Below the pieces are notes generated by a model. The model did no database searches and was not told the origin of the DNA. It worked only from the letters and a program-made list of their open reading frames with translations. From positions 1 to 38,293 of the forward strand of contig JAGOFO010000005.1 in NCBI GenBank assembly GCA_017997155.1: a stretch of 38,293 nt of DNA, written 5' to 3'. Positions 17,756 through 26,799 of the stretch are shown one piece after another. The position numbers and the translations under genes were made by a program. Source of the stretch: Myxococcota bacterium (lineage in GTDB: Bacteria > Myxococcota_A > UBA9042 > DTJE01). Every line of letters starts with the position of its first letter. Position 1 is the first letter of the stretch.

Positions 17756-19709
17756 TCTGGCCGATGTCGGCGACGCGCGGACAGGTTTTTCGCCCGCGCC
17801 CGGGGTCCAGGCGGCCCCCGGCATCGCCGCGGTGTTCCTGGTCACCCTGGTTTTCTATCTGCTCTGGTTGCCCGGGACCGCTTACTGGCTGGATTCGCCG
17901 GAGTTCATGACAGCGGCGGCCTCGCTGGGGCTGGCTCATCCACCGGGACACCCCGTGGTCGCGGTTCTGATGAAACTGGCGTCGCTGCTGCCGCTTGGCG
18001 ACGTGCCGTTCAGACTTAACCTGGTGGGCGCGATTCTGGGCGCGGTTGCCGCCGGTTTGACCGGTGGTATCGCATGCGTCGTCGCGCAGCGGGTTCTTCA
18101 CCGTCTGAACAGGGACGGCAACACGGGCCGTTTGCGTCACGCATCGACCCTTGTCGGAGTGGCAGGCGGGCTGCTTTACGGCCTGGGCGCTTCCTCGATG
18201 ATCCAGGCGATGGCGGCCGAGGTCTACACCCTTAACGCGGCCCTGGTGCTTGGCGCGGTCTATCTGTTGATTTCCAGTCCCGACGGCGCCGACGCGCGTC
18301 GCACGCTGGCTGCCGCTGTTCTGATGGGCCTGGCCTTTGCCAACCATCACCTCCTGGGTCTTCTTGCCGGTCCGGCCGTGCTCGTGGCGGCTTTCCGGTC
18401 CCGGCGGGACACCCGGACGGTTATCGTCGCGGCCATGACAGCGTGCCTGGTGGCGGTGTGCTGCTATCTTTATCTGTGGGTGCGTTCGGCCGCCGGAGCC
18501 TGGCCCACCTGGTCTCCCGTGCGCGACCCTGCCGGCTTTTTCTGGTATGTGTCAGCGTCCATTTTTTCGCAGTCGCTCGGGGGCTTCGAGCAGTCGGGTG
18601 GTGGCATCGGCCAGAACCTTGCGTTGGCGTCGGTTGTCGCGGCCGGTTCCCTGGGCGTGGCCGGCGTTGTCCTGTCGCTCGGGGGCGCCTGGCTGGGCGC
18701 GCGTTCCGGAGCGGCCCGCGAGATCGTGGTCTTACTGCTGCTCGCGGCCGGGGGCTTTGGTTCAAAGGTCATGATGGGGATCCTCGACCCCTCGAATCCG
18801 GACGACCACGGTTACTTTTTGACAGCGCTGGCTGCGACCGCGGTTCTGGCCGCGTCGTTTTTCTGCCTTCCGATGGCAGCCGGAGGGGGCAGGGCGGGCC
18901 GGGTCGTGCGCGGCATTGCCTCGGCCCTGCTTGCCGCGATGGTCGTGGCGGTCATCCCCGCCAGCGTCGACGTTGGACGCGACAGATCACATTTTGACCA
19001 CACGCGGCGGGTTTCCAGACTGGTCTGGAGCGATGTCCCCAGCGGCTCGGTCGTGCTGGTGTCGCACTACCCGGTGTTCTTCCTGATGCAGTACCAGCAG
19101 ATGGTCGAGGGTGTGCGGCCGGATGTTTCGCTTGTCCAGCAGAGTCTATACTACAAGGCGCGCGGCGGCCAGTGGTACGCCCGTGAGATGAAGGCCCGGC
19201 ATGCCGACCTTTCCGGCCTGATGGACGCCTTCCAGGCAACCTCGCAGGTTTCCTGGCCGGCCCTTGAAGCGCTTGCCTCCCGCAGACCGGTTCTTCTTGA
19301 CCCGTCTCCAGACTTCGCCGCCCCCCTCGACCGCGTCTCCTTCGCGGGCTGGTTCTTTTCCGTCTCCCCCAGTCCTGCCGCACCCCCCAACCCAACCCAG
19401 GTTTCTTTTTCGGGCCCCGGAAACGCTCCCGGAAAAACAACCCAGGTTTCTTTTTCGGGGGGTGAACCGGCTGTGGAAAGGGGGGTAGACGCGCATCTGC
19501 TGTCCTTCGATCGCGTGCTTGGCCGGGCGCCGATGTCCAATGTCGAGACCAGGAGGGTGGTGACCCGTAATCTGGTTTCCGCGGGTGACTGGCTTCAGGG
19601 CGCAGGATACGACGCAGCCGCCATTGAGCTGTTTTCCCGTGCCGCGTATTACAATCCCGAGGATCGTTCGATTCGTGGACGCCTCGGAGATGTGGCGGGA
19701 GACAGATGA
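17730..19709 (+). CDS. Polytopic membrane protein of the DUF2723 / GT-C (PMT-like glycosyltransferase) type with a C-terminal soluble TPR-like region
   Basis: YWLDSPEFMTAAASLGLAHPPGHP is the characteristic first-loop motif of DUF2723/TMEM260-like GT-C proteins. More than 8 hydrophobic helices follow. The start codon is uncertain (GTG 17730 overlaps the CYTH gene). The stop overlaps the next ATG (ATGA). Confidence 0.65.
   Translation: MGGKQARTDLADVGDARTGFSPAPGVQAAPGIAAVFLVTLVFYLLWLPGTAYWLDSPEFMTAAASLGLAHPPGHPVVAVLMKLASLLPLGDVPFRLNLVGAILGAVAAGLTGGIACVVAQRVLHRLNRDGNTGRLRHASTLVGVAGGLLYGLGASSMIQAMAAEVYTLNAALVLGAVYLLISSPDGADARRTLAAAVLMGLAFANHHLLGLLAGPAVLVAAFRSRRDTRTVIVAAMTACLVAVCCYLYLWVRSAAGAWPTWSPVRDPAGFFWYVSASIFSQSLGGFEQSGGGIGQNLALASVVAAGSLGVAGVVLSLGGAWLGARSGAAREIVVLLLLAAGGFGSKVMMGILDPSNPDDHGYFLTALAATAVLAASFFCLPMAAGGGRAGRVVRGIASALLAAMVVAVIPASVDVGRDRSHFDHTRRVSRLVWSDVPSGSVVLVSHYPVFFLMQYQQMVEGVRPDVSLVQQSLYYKARGGQWYAREMKARHADLSGLMDAFQATSQVSWPALEALASRRPVLLDPSPDFAAPLDRVSFAGWFFSVSPSPAAPPNPTQVSFSGPGNAPGKTTQVSFSGGEPAVERGVDAHLLSFDRVLGRAPMSNVETRRVVTRNLVSAGDWLQGAGYDAAAIELFSRAAYYNPEDRSIRGRLGDVAGDR
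19394..19450 (-). repeat. Array 2 of the GAAACCTGGGTT repeat: 2 copies 45 bp apart, embedded in frame in a CDS
   Basis: AACCCAGGTTTC occurs at 19394-19405 and 19439-19450. Both copies sit in the longer repeat CAACCCAGGTTTCTTTTTCGGG. They translate to TQVSFSG twice in the 17730..19709 ORF. Confidence 0.9.
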
Positions 19710-20668
19710 TGAAACCGATCGACAAGCTCATCGATGGCTTCAATTACGACCTGATCGTCAGGAGGGGGCTGTCTCACCACACGATCGAGGCGTATGGCCG
19801 AACGTTGAGCCGCTTCGCCGCCTGGCTGGTCGCTCTGCGCGGTGAGGAAGGTGATCCCGGCTCATTGTCCAGACTCGAACTCGAGGATTTCGCCAGATCG
19901 CTTCGCGAGATGGGGCTTGGCGATCGCAGTCTGTCGGCCGCGGTGGTCGCCCTGCGTCAATTTTATCTGTGGTACTGCGGCGAGACCGGTCTGGAATCGA
20001 ATCCGATGGAGGATTTCGAGGTTCCTGCGTTCAACGCGCCTCTCCCGGTCGTTTTCGACGAGATGGATATCGAGGCGGTGCTCGCAGCGCCGAATGTCGC
20101 AACCCCGCAGGGCCTGCGCGATCGAACGATCCTGGAGGTCCTTTACGGTTCCGGCCTGCGTATCAGCGAGGTCCTTTCGCTGGCGATCGGGGACATAGAC
20201 ACCGTGGCGGGTTTCGTCATGGCCCGGGGAAAGGGGCGCAAGGAGCGCCTGGTGCCCATTTCCGACTCGTGCCGCGAGGCCTTGCTGAACTACCTTGATA
20301 ACGGACGTCCACAACTGATGAAGGGGCGACAGGTCGTCCGGGGCCGCCGGGGTGCCGATCGGCAGGCGGACGCAAACGCCCGTTTCAGGCGCGAGCCTCT
20401 GTTCGTCACCGCCCGCGGCACCGTGTTGTCCAGGCAGGGCTTCTTTAAGAATCTGCAGGGTTACGGGATCAAGGCCGGCTTGCTGAAAAACATTTCGCCG
20501 CACAAACTCAGGCATTCCTTTGCCACACACATGGTCGAGAACGGCGCGGACCTCCGTTCCGTTCAGGAGATGCTGGGCCACGCGGACATTTCAACAACCG
20601 AGATCTATACACATGTCAGTCGCGGTCACCTGAAGAAGGTTTATAAGAAGGCACACCCTCGCGCCTAG
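19706..20668 (+). CDS. Tyrosine site-specific recombinase, XerC/XerD family
   Basis: HKLRHSFATHMVENGADLRSVQEMLGHADISTTEIYTHV contains the catalytic R-H-R-Y region. The N-terminal SAM-like core-binding domain is present. An extra basic insertion (RGRRGADRQADANARFRR) precedes the catalytic core. Confidence 0.85.
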   Translation: MMKPIDKLIDGFNYDLIVRRGLSHHTIEAYGRTLSRFAAWLVALRGEEGDPGSLSRLELEDFARSLREMGLGDRSLSAAVVALRQFYLWYCGETGLESNPMEDFEVPAFNAPLPVVFDEMDIEAVLAAPNVATPQGLRDRTILEVLYGSGLRISEVLSLAIGDIDTVAGFVMARGKGRKERLVPISDSCREALLNYLDNGRPQLMKGRQVVRGRRGADRQADANARFRREPLFVTARGTVLSRQGFFKNLQGYGIKAGLLKNISPHKLRHSFATHMVENGADLRSVQEMLGHADISTTEIYTHVSRGHLKKVYKKAHPRA

Positions 20669-20748
20669 TGGTGGGACGCCGCCTTTCCAAACGTCATTCA
20701 CTGACTTTTTATTTTGTTCCCCTTTCAGTTGCGAACCTGTAGAATTCC

Positions 20749-20764
20749 CCACAATCAATTGTGG
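20749..20764. promoter_or_regulatory. Perfect inverted repeat CCACAAT-CA-ATTGTGG (operator-like)
   Basis: 7-bp arms with a 2-bp centre, located 8 nt upstream of the GTG start at 20772 in an AT-enriched intergenic stretch. Confidence 0.3.
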
Positions 20765-20771
20765 TGACCAA

Positions 20772-21446
20772 GTGTCGCGCTCCAGTATCAGAGCCGAAAT
20801 GGATCGTGTGGCCAATCTTCGTCACGATGTGATGAATTCGCTCACGGTGATACTCGGCTATTCCAAGATTCTCATGGGTCGCCGTGACATTCCGGCGGAC
20901 TGTTTGAAGCATATCGACAGAATCCAGCAGGAGGCGTTCCGCTGCCAGAAGGCATTCGACGACGACAAGGTCGAGTTCGAGACGACCGCCGTGCATCCGG
21001 ATCCTTCTTCACGACCCGCGGTCGGGGTGGCCCCGGCTTCCGTCAAGGTGATGGTTGTCGATGATGACAATGGCATCCGGAATCTCGCGACCGAGGTGAT
21101 CAGGACGGACCTGGTCGACGCGGGCATTCATGAGGCCGTGACTGTCCTGGCTGCCGACTCGATCTCGTCCGCGCTGGCATACGCCGCGGCGGGCAGGCTC
21201 GACGCGGTTGTCATCGATATGAACGTGGATCGTCCCGGTGGTGGTCTGGCCCTTGCGGATCGCCTGGCGGATATCGACCCCGGCATTTTTGATCGCCTGG
21301 TCTTCATTTCCGGTGGCATCTCGGACCCGAAGACCGCAAAGGCTGTCGAGCAACGCAGACTTCGCGTGCTGTTCAAGCCATTTTCAAACGATCAGCTTTG
21401 CAGGGCGGTGGGTACGGCGATCAGAGGTCAGACCGGTTCGGTTTGA
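20772..21446 (+). CDS. Fusion of a histidine-kinase dimerisation/phosphoacceptor (HisKA-like) domain to a receiver domain, with no ATPase domain
   Basis: H-box-like [19 protein letters not shown] is followed by a receiver with [16 protein letters not shown] (Asp), FISGG and FKPF (Lys). There is no N/G1/G2 ATP-binding region within 224 aa. The start is ambiguous: GTG 20772 or ATG 20799. Confidence 0.65.
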   Translation: MSRSSIRAEMDRVANLRHDVMNSLTVILGYSKILMGRRDIPADCLKHIDRIQQEAFRCQKAFDDDKVEFETTAVHPDPSSRPAVGVAPASVKVMVVDDDNGIRNLATEVIRTDLVDAGIHEAVTVLAADSISSALAYAAAGRLDAVVIDMNVDRPGGGLALADRLADIDPGIFDRLVFISGGISDPKTAKAVEQRRLRVLFKPFSNDQLCRAVGTAIRGQTGSV

Positions 21447-22194
21447 GGCCCTTCAGACTATCCAGCAGATCAGTGGGGAATGGGAAAATAATCGTCTTGG
21501 CATTGTTGATGCCGATGTCCGACAGTGTCTGCAGGTAACGAAGCTGCAGTGCAGCCTGGTTCCTGGAAAGCACGGCCGCAGCTTCCGCCAGTTTTTCGGA
21601 TGACTGGAATTCACCTTCGGCGTGGATGATCTTGGCCCTCTTGAGGCGCTCCGCCTCGGCCTGTTTGGCGATCGCGCGCCGCATCTCCTCGGGAAGATCG
21701 ACCTGTTTCATCTCGACCAGGGTCACCTTGATGCCCCACGGGTCGGTGTGCCTGTCCAGGATCTCCTGAAGGCGCATGTTCAGCTTTTCACGCTGTGACA
21801 GCAATTCGTCCAGTTCAACCTCGCCGAGAACGCTTCGCAGCGTGGTCTGGGCCAGCTGAGAGGTCGCATACATGAAGTGTTCGACGTCAACGATGGCGCG
21901 GGTCGCGTCGACCACGCGGAAGTAGGCGACGGCGTTCACCGTGCAACTGACGTTGTCCTTCGTGATGATGTCCTGCGACGGGACATCCATCGTGACCGTG
22001 CGCAGGTCGACCTTGATCATCTTGTCGATCGGCCAGAAGACGAAGATCAGGCCTGGACCCTTGGGCTGCTTCAACAGGCGGCCAAGCCGGAAAATGACGC
22101 CGCGCTGATACTCCCTGAGTACCTTCACGGACGACAGCAGGTAAAGCACCACAGCGATAACAGGGATCACCCATGCATCAATCGAGCCCGGCAT
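21421..22194 (-). CDS. SPFH/band-7 (stomatin-like) membrane protein
   Basis: N-terminal TM helix, [12 protein letters not shown], and a coiled [17 protein letters not shown] region. A strong AGGAGG precedes the ATG. Confidence 0.85.
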   Translation of the reverse strand: MPGSIDAWVIPVIAVVLYLLSSVKVLREYQRGVIFRLGRLLKQPKGPGLIFVFWPIDKMIKVDLRTVTMDVPSQDIITKDNVSCTVNAVAYFRVVDATRAIVDVEHFMYATSQLAQTTLRSVLGEVELDELLSQREKLNMRLQEILDRHTDPWGIKVTLVEMKQVDLPEEMRRAIAKQAEAERLKRAKIIHAEGEFQSSEKLAEAAAVLSRNQAALQLRYLQTLSDIGINNAKTIIFPFPTDLLDSLKGLKPNRSDL

Positions 22195-22209
22195 CTTGAA
22201 CCTCCTACG

Positions 22210-22503
22210 TCAGTTGTTGTTTTCCGCGGACGGCTGGACGATCAGGACCAATCCCTTGACCCTTGTGACCACCACCGGCGTTCCATCCGCGATCGGTTGC
22301 ACCGCACGCGCCTTCCAGTATTCACCTTCCAGCAGAACGCTTCCTGTGCGATCGATCGGCCCGACCGCGACGCCTTCCTTGCCAGCCATTCCCTCGGCGC
22401 CAGTGCGGGCGGGCCATGCCTTCGAGATCAGCCATATCCCGACAACGACCGCACAGAGGGTGACGCCAAGCGCGACCATGACCAGTGTCATGAAAGCTCC
22501 CAT
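22210..22503 (-). CDS. NfeD-family protein (short form, TM + OB-fold)
   Basis: 97 aa. A TM helix is followed by GKEGVAVGPIDRTGSVLLEGEYWKARA...GTPVVVTRVKGLVLIV, the NfeD C-terminal beta-barrel pattern. It lies immediately upstream of the SPFH gene, which is the classical pairing. GGAGG precedes the ATG. Confidence 0.75.
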   Translation of the reverse strand: MGAFMTLVMVALGVTLCAVVVGIWLISKAWPARTGAEGMAGKEGVAVGPIDRTGSVLLEGEYWKARAVQPIADGTPVVVTRVKGLVLIVQPSAENNN

Positions 22504-22580
22504 GTGAAATGCCTCCGGAACTGTTTCATCACAAGGATAAGTCGTCGTCGTCTTCTTTCACACCCCCATTGGTTGAAAGT

Positions 22581-24071
22581 TCATGATTTGACGACAAGAA
22601 CGTCACAGTCGGCGTTTTCGATGATGCCTTTGAGCGTCGCCGCCGCGTGTCGCCTGGCTCCCTGACCGGATAGCCCCAGGCCCGTAACAATCAGATCGAT
22701 TCCCTCGCCGGAGACTAGTTCGTCGAGTTCCAGCGAGCCTTCGCCGGTAAGGACCCTGACCTCGAAGTCCTCCGGAGTCCTGCCCGTCAGGTGTGAGACC
22801 ATCGCGGAAAGCGCGCGCAGCGCCTCGGTCGCAAGCATCCCCTGGATCTCCGGGCGATGGGTCTGTCCCTGGTTTGTCAGGCCGCCACTGAACCAGCCGT
22901 GCGCGTCCAGCACGTGGGCGCAGATCAGTCTGGATCCGAACAGGCGGGCAAGTCTGTCGGCGGTCATGACTGCCTCCTCGGAGGCAGGCGTGATGTCCGT
23001 CACCACCAGGATGTCGGACCACGTCCCTGTTGCGGGGCGCCTGCCTACCTGCCGCTGGCGCGAGATGCGGCCGGACACCATGACGGTGTCCTCACGGCCG
23101 TCCTCGAACGAGATCGCGATAGTGGGGTTGTGGAACAGGAAGTCCTGATGTGTCTTCGAACGGTTGACGCCGCCAGGGCAGCCGCGGTTGTTGCCGAACG
23201 CAATGTGCGCGGTGCCGGCCGCCTTCTCATCCTCAAGCAGATTCCCGGCGAGCCGGGCCTCGGGGTTGAGCCCGATGCCAAGTTCCCCGATGCGGGAGGC
23301 TCCGGAGTCGAACTCGAGCATCGCTTCGACATCCTGGCGGAATGCTTCGTCCTCGCACAGCACCGATGAAACCCGGCCGTTGTTGATAACCAGCTTGACG
23401 GGCGAGGGCACAAGGCCCAGGTCGCCGGCGCAGCCGTCACACACAAGGATTCCGTCGGCGCCGTTTTCCACCGGAGCGCACCAGATTTCACCGCAGGGAA
23501 GATTGCATGCGCCACCGTCCGCGATGGCCGTGTCCGTCACGAACGTTCTTCCCCTGATATCCATGGTCAGTTCGGTCCCGGCAGGCGTGGTGATGCGTGC
23601 CTTCACCGCTCCGGACAGCCGGCGCATCAACTCGCGCGCGGCGTTGGCCATGGCCGGAAAATCCGCGGACATCCCGCCCGTGGTCATCATGGTCGCGTCA
23701 ATGCCGGGGCAATGCGCGATCCTTCGCACTTTTCCCGCGACCATACCGACCAGTTCAAGTCTGAACGGGGTTTCACCGCGCCGTATCGAAAAGGCTGTGA
23801 TGATCGCGCCCGTACCGGGAATGCAGGCGGCAAGGTCTTCAGGAACCGATGCCAGCGGCCTGGCCTGTTCGGGTATGACCCAGGTTACCACCTCAGCGCC
23901 AAGTTTCGTTGCGGCTTTGCACCAGGCCGAAGCCACGTCGCGGGTGGCCTTGTCCGTGACTATCAGAACCTTTTCCGACTTGTGCAGGTCGAGAACCTGG
24001 CGGAGCGCGCGCTCAGCATTCGCAACCATCTTGTTCATCAGGTCATACCTCTCGACGATGTATTCAGACAT
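22581..24071 (-). CDS. M29-type (aminopeptidase T/S-like) peptidase fused to a C-terminal universal stress protein (USP) domain
   Basis: The N-terminal ~340 aa resemble thermophilic-aminopeptidase family proteins (LDLHKSEKVLIVTD..., GTAHIAFGNN). The C-terminal ~140 aa have a USP layout (ILVVTDITPASEEAV...AHVLD...DLIVTG...VLVVKS). Confidence 0.5.
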   Translation of the reverse strand: MSEYIVERYDLMNKMVANAERALRQVLDLHKSEKVLIVTDKATRDVASAWCKAATKLGAEVVTWVIPEQARPLASVPEDLAACIPGTGAIITAFSIRRGETPFRLELVGMVAGKVRRIAHCPGIDATMMTTGGMSADFPAMANAARELMRRLSGAVKARITTPAGTELTMDIRGRTFVTDTAIADGGACNLPCGEIWCAPVENGADGILVCDGCAGDLGLVPSPVKLVINNGRVSSVLCEDEAFRQDVEAMLEFDSGASRIGELGIGLNPEARLAGNLLEDEKAAGTAHIAFGNNRGCPGGVNRSKTHQDFLFHNPTIAISFEDGREDTVMVSGRISRQRQVGRRPATGTWSDILVVTDITPASEEAVMTADRLARLFGSRLICAHVLDAHGWFSGGLTNQGQTHRPEIQGMLATEALRALSAMVSHLTGRTPEDFEVRVLTGEGSLELDELVSGEGIDLIVTGLGLSGQGARRHAAATLKGIIENADCDVLVVKS

Positions 24072-24170
24072 GTAGCACGTGATGGCATGTCGCAGGAAGA
24101 GCGGCGGCAGTGTCTAGCTGTAACCACGCGGGATTCCGAGTGTGTTTATACGGGATACGCGCCGATGGGA

Positions 24171-26702
24171 CTATTCATGGAGCCAGGGCAGCGGAGGCAG
24201 TTCCTCTTCCTTTTCGTTGTTGGCGTTTGAAGGCTTCTCCTCGTCCTCGTCGGATTCAAACGAAGAGACGATCTCGCGGTGTGCGGAAGCCGGTGTCGCG
24301 GGAATGGAGGCCTGACCCTGGCCTGTAACCGCCGCGCCAGGAACGCCGTCGTTTTTCGGGGCAGGCACGATCGGGCCGAACATCTGGTCCAGCACTTCGT
24401 CGATGCGCGACACGAACACGAATTCGACCTCGCGCCTGACCTGCTCTGGAATCTCTTCCAGGTCCTTGCGGTTGCGTTCCGGCATGATGATGCGTTTGAT
24501 CCCGCCGCGATGGGCGGCCAGAACCTTGTTCTTGATACCGCCAACCGGCAGCACCAGTCCGCGCAGGGTTATCTCGCCAGTCATGGCCGTGTCGTTCCTG
24601 ACCTTGCGGTCGGTCATCAACGAATACAGGGCCGTGAACATCGTGACGCCGGCGGACGGGCCGTCCTTGGGAATAGCTCCGGCAGGAACGTGCACGTGTA
24701 TATCGGTGTCCGCGAACTGGGAAGCCGTGATCCCGTAGGCAGCGGCGTTTGCTTCCAGGTATGACAGGGCAATCTGAGTGGACTCCTTCATGACGTCGCC
24801 CAGTTGGCCGGTCAGTTTCAGCTTGCCGCGTCCCGGCATGCGGGTCGCCTCGACAAACAGTATCTCGCCGCCTGTCGCGGTCCACGCAAGTCCGGTCGCT
24901 ATTCCGGGTGTGTCGGTACGGTCGCCGGTCTCGGACTGGTATACCTCCGGGCCCAGGATCGAGTTCACGATGGCCGCGTCGATGGGGGGCGAGTCCCACT
25001 TGTCCTCGACGTATCTGACCGCTATTCCACGGCACAGGGACGCCAGGTTGCGTTCGAGGTTTCTGACGCCGGCCTCGCGGGTGTAGCGTTCAATTATGAG
25101 AAGAATCATCTGGTCGGACAGGTTGACCTGCTCGGGCTTCAGACCGTTCTCGGAGATCTGCTTGGGCAGCAGGTGACGCTTCGCGATCTCGATCTTTTCC
25201 TCGGGTGTGTAACCCGGAAGCTCAAGCAACTCCATGCGGTCCAGCAGCGGCGCCGGAATCGTGTCGGTGACGTTGGCCGTCGTGATGAACAGAATTCCAC
25301 GAAGGTCGAACGGGACGTCCAGATAGTGGTCCATGAAAGCGTGGTTCTGTTCCGGGTCCAGGACTTCCAGCAGGGCGCTGGTCGGGTCCCCGCGCCAGTC
25401 GCGACCGAGCTTGTCGATCTCGTCCATCATGAAGACAGGGTTCGAGGAGCCGGCCCGCTTCAGGCTGTGGATGATCTTGCCCGGCAGGGCGCCGATGTAG
25501 GTTCGACGGTGGCCGCGAATCTCGGCCTCGTCGCGCACGCCGCCAAGAGAAATCCGGATGAACTTACGCCCCAGCGCCTTGGCGACGGACTGGCCCAGCG
25601 AGGTCTTGCCGACGCCGGGAGGTCCCACCAGGCACAGGATCGGGCCGCGCATGTTGTTGCGAAGCCGCGACACCGCGAGGTGCTCAAGGATGCGACGCTT
25701 GATCTTGACCAGGTCGTAGTGGTCGGCGTCGAGAACCTGGCGCGCGTGTTCGACGTCCAGATTGTCCTCGGTCTCGACCCCCCAGGGCAGGTCGGTAATC
25801 CAGTCCAGGTAGGTGCGGGCGACGGTGTATTCCGGTGAGGACGGCTGGATCGACCGCAGACGACGCAGTTCCTTATCCGCGATCTTCCGGACTTCGTCGG
25901 TCAGGTTCGTGTTGCGAATCTTTTCGGCAATGTCGTCGAGCACGTCGCTGTCGTCCTCGACCTCGCCGAGTTCTTTCTGTATCGCCTTGATTTGCTGACG
26001 CAGAAGGTACTCGCGCTGACTTTTGTTCAGTTCACCCTTCACTTCGATGTTGATCTTCTGGGTGACCCGGCGGACCTCGATGTCGTGGCTGAGGATTTTG
26101 AGCGTCTCGCGCATCGCTTCAGGCACGTCGGCGATCTGCAGGATGCGCATCTTTTCCTCGATGCCGATCTGCAGGTTGGACGTGACCAGATAAAGCAGCC
26201 GCGAGGGCTGGTCGACCTGCTCAATGATCTCGGCGGCCGTGGCCGGAACCTCGGGAGTGAGGGTCAGCGACTCGGCCGCGAGAGTCTTCATATTCCGCAT
26301 CAGGGCTTCGATCTCGACCGTGTCCCCCGGCATGTCGGGCACGATTTCGATGTTGGCCTGGAGATAGGGGTCGGACGCCGTGAATTCAAGAACCTTGAAG
26401 CGTGAGATACCCTGAACGACGATGTCGAGACCCTGGTCGCGTTCCTTGACGACCCGAAGGATGCGCGCGGTGGAACCGTACGCATACATGTCGAACGGCG
26501 ATGGATCCATCACCTCTTTGTCTTTCTGGGTGACAACGCCGAATATCTTTTTGCCCTCAATCACTTCGTCGAGCAGGCGCAGGGTTTTCTCCCGGCCGAT
26601 CACCAGCGGCATGACCAGGCCAGGGAAGAGGACCGCGTTGCGCAGCGGGAGTATCGGGATCGACGTAATGATCTCACTGCCTGTCGGATCGTTCGTGCTC
26701 AT
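24171..26702 (-). CDS. lon: ATP-dependent Lon protease (LonA type)
   Basis: N-terminal LON domain (IPILPLRNAVLFPG), Walker A GPPGVGKTSLGQSVA, catalytic PKDGPSAGVTM and Lys region. The start was trimmed to ATG 26702 (MSTNDPTG). Confidence 0.95.
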   Translation of the reverse strand: MSTNDPTGSEIITSIPILPLRNAVLFPGLVMPLVIGREKTLRLLDEVIEGKKIFGVVTQKDKEVMDPSPFDMYAYGSTARILRVVKERDQGLDIVVQGISRFKVLEFTASDPYLQANIEIVPDMPGDTVEIEALMRNMKTLAAESLTLTPEVPATAAEIIEQVDQPSRLLYLVTSNLQIGIEEKMRILQIADVPEAMRETLKILSHDIEVRRVTQKINIEVKGELNKSQREYLLRQQIKAIQKELGEVEDDSDVLDDIAEKIRNTNLTDEVRKIADKELRRLRSIQPSSPEYTVARTYLDWITDLPWGVETEDNLDVEHARQVLDADHYDLVKIKRRILEHLAVSRLRNNMRGPILCLVGPPGVGKTSLGQSVAKALGRKFIRISLGGVRDEAEIRGHRRTYIGALPGKIIHSLKRAGSSNPVFMMDEIDKLGRDWRGDPTSALLEVLDPEQNHAFMDHYLDVPFDLRGILFITTANVTDTIPAPLLDRMELLELPGYTPEEKIEIAKRHLLPKQISENGLKPEQVNLSDQMILLIIERYTREAGVRNLERNLASLCRGIAVRYVEDKWDSPPIDAAIVNSILGPEVYQSETGDRTDTPGIATGLAWTATGGEILFVEATRMPGRGKLKLTGQLGDVMKESTQIALSYLEANAAAYGITASQFADTDIHVHVPAGAIPKDGPSAGVTMFTALYSLMTDRKVRNDTAMTGEITLRGLVLPVGGIKNKVLAAHRGGIKRIIMPERNRKDLEEIPEQVRREVEFVFVSRIDEVLDQMFGPIVPAPKNDGVPGAAVTGQGQASIPATPASAHREIVSSFESDEDEEKPSNANNEKEEELPPLPWLHE

Positions 26703-26799
26703 CGTTACCTTCCGTTCGTTACGGTATAACCGTAGTGAGTCGCGGGACGGCGAATCAGCCGTCCGGCGAATAATTGGCATTATCGGGAAAAGGTCAAGT

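Noticed and set aside
26703-26799. A possible lon promoter (TTGACC, 16 nt, AATTAT on the minus strand) and a 7-bp-stem hairpin (GGACGGC/GCCGTCC, about 26744-26765) might be regulatory elements.
   Set aside because: The hexamers are weak matches, there is no heat-shock sigma-32 consensus, and the hairpin has no U-run. This is pattern matching without supporting evidence.
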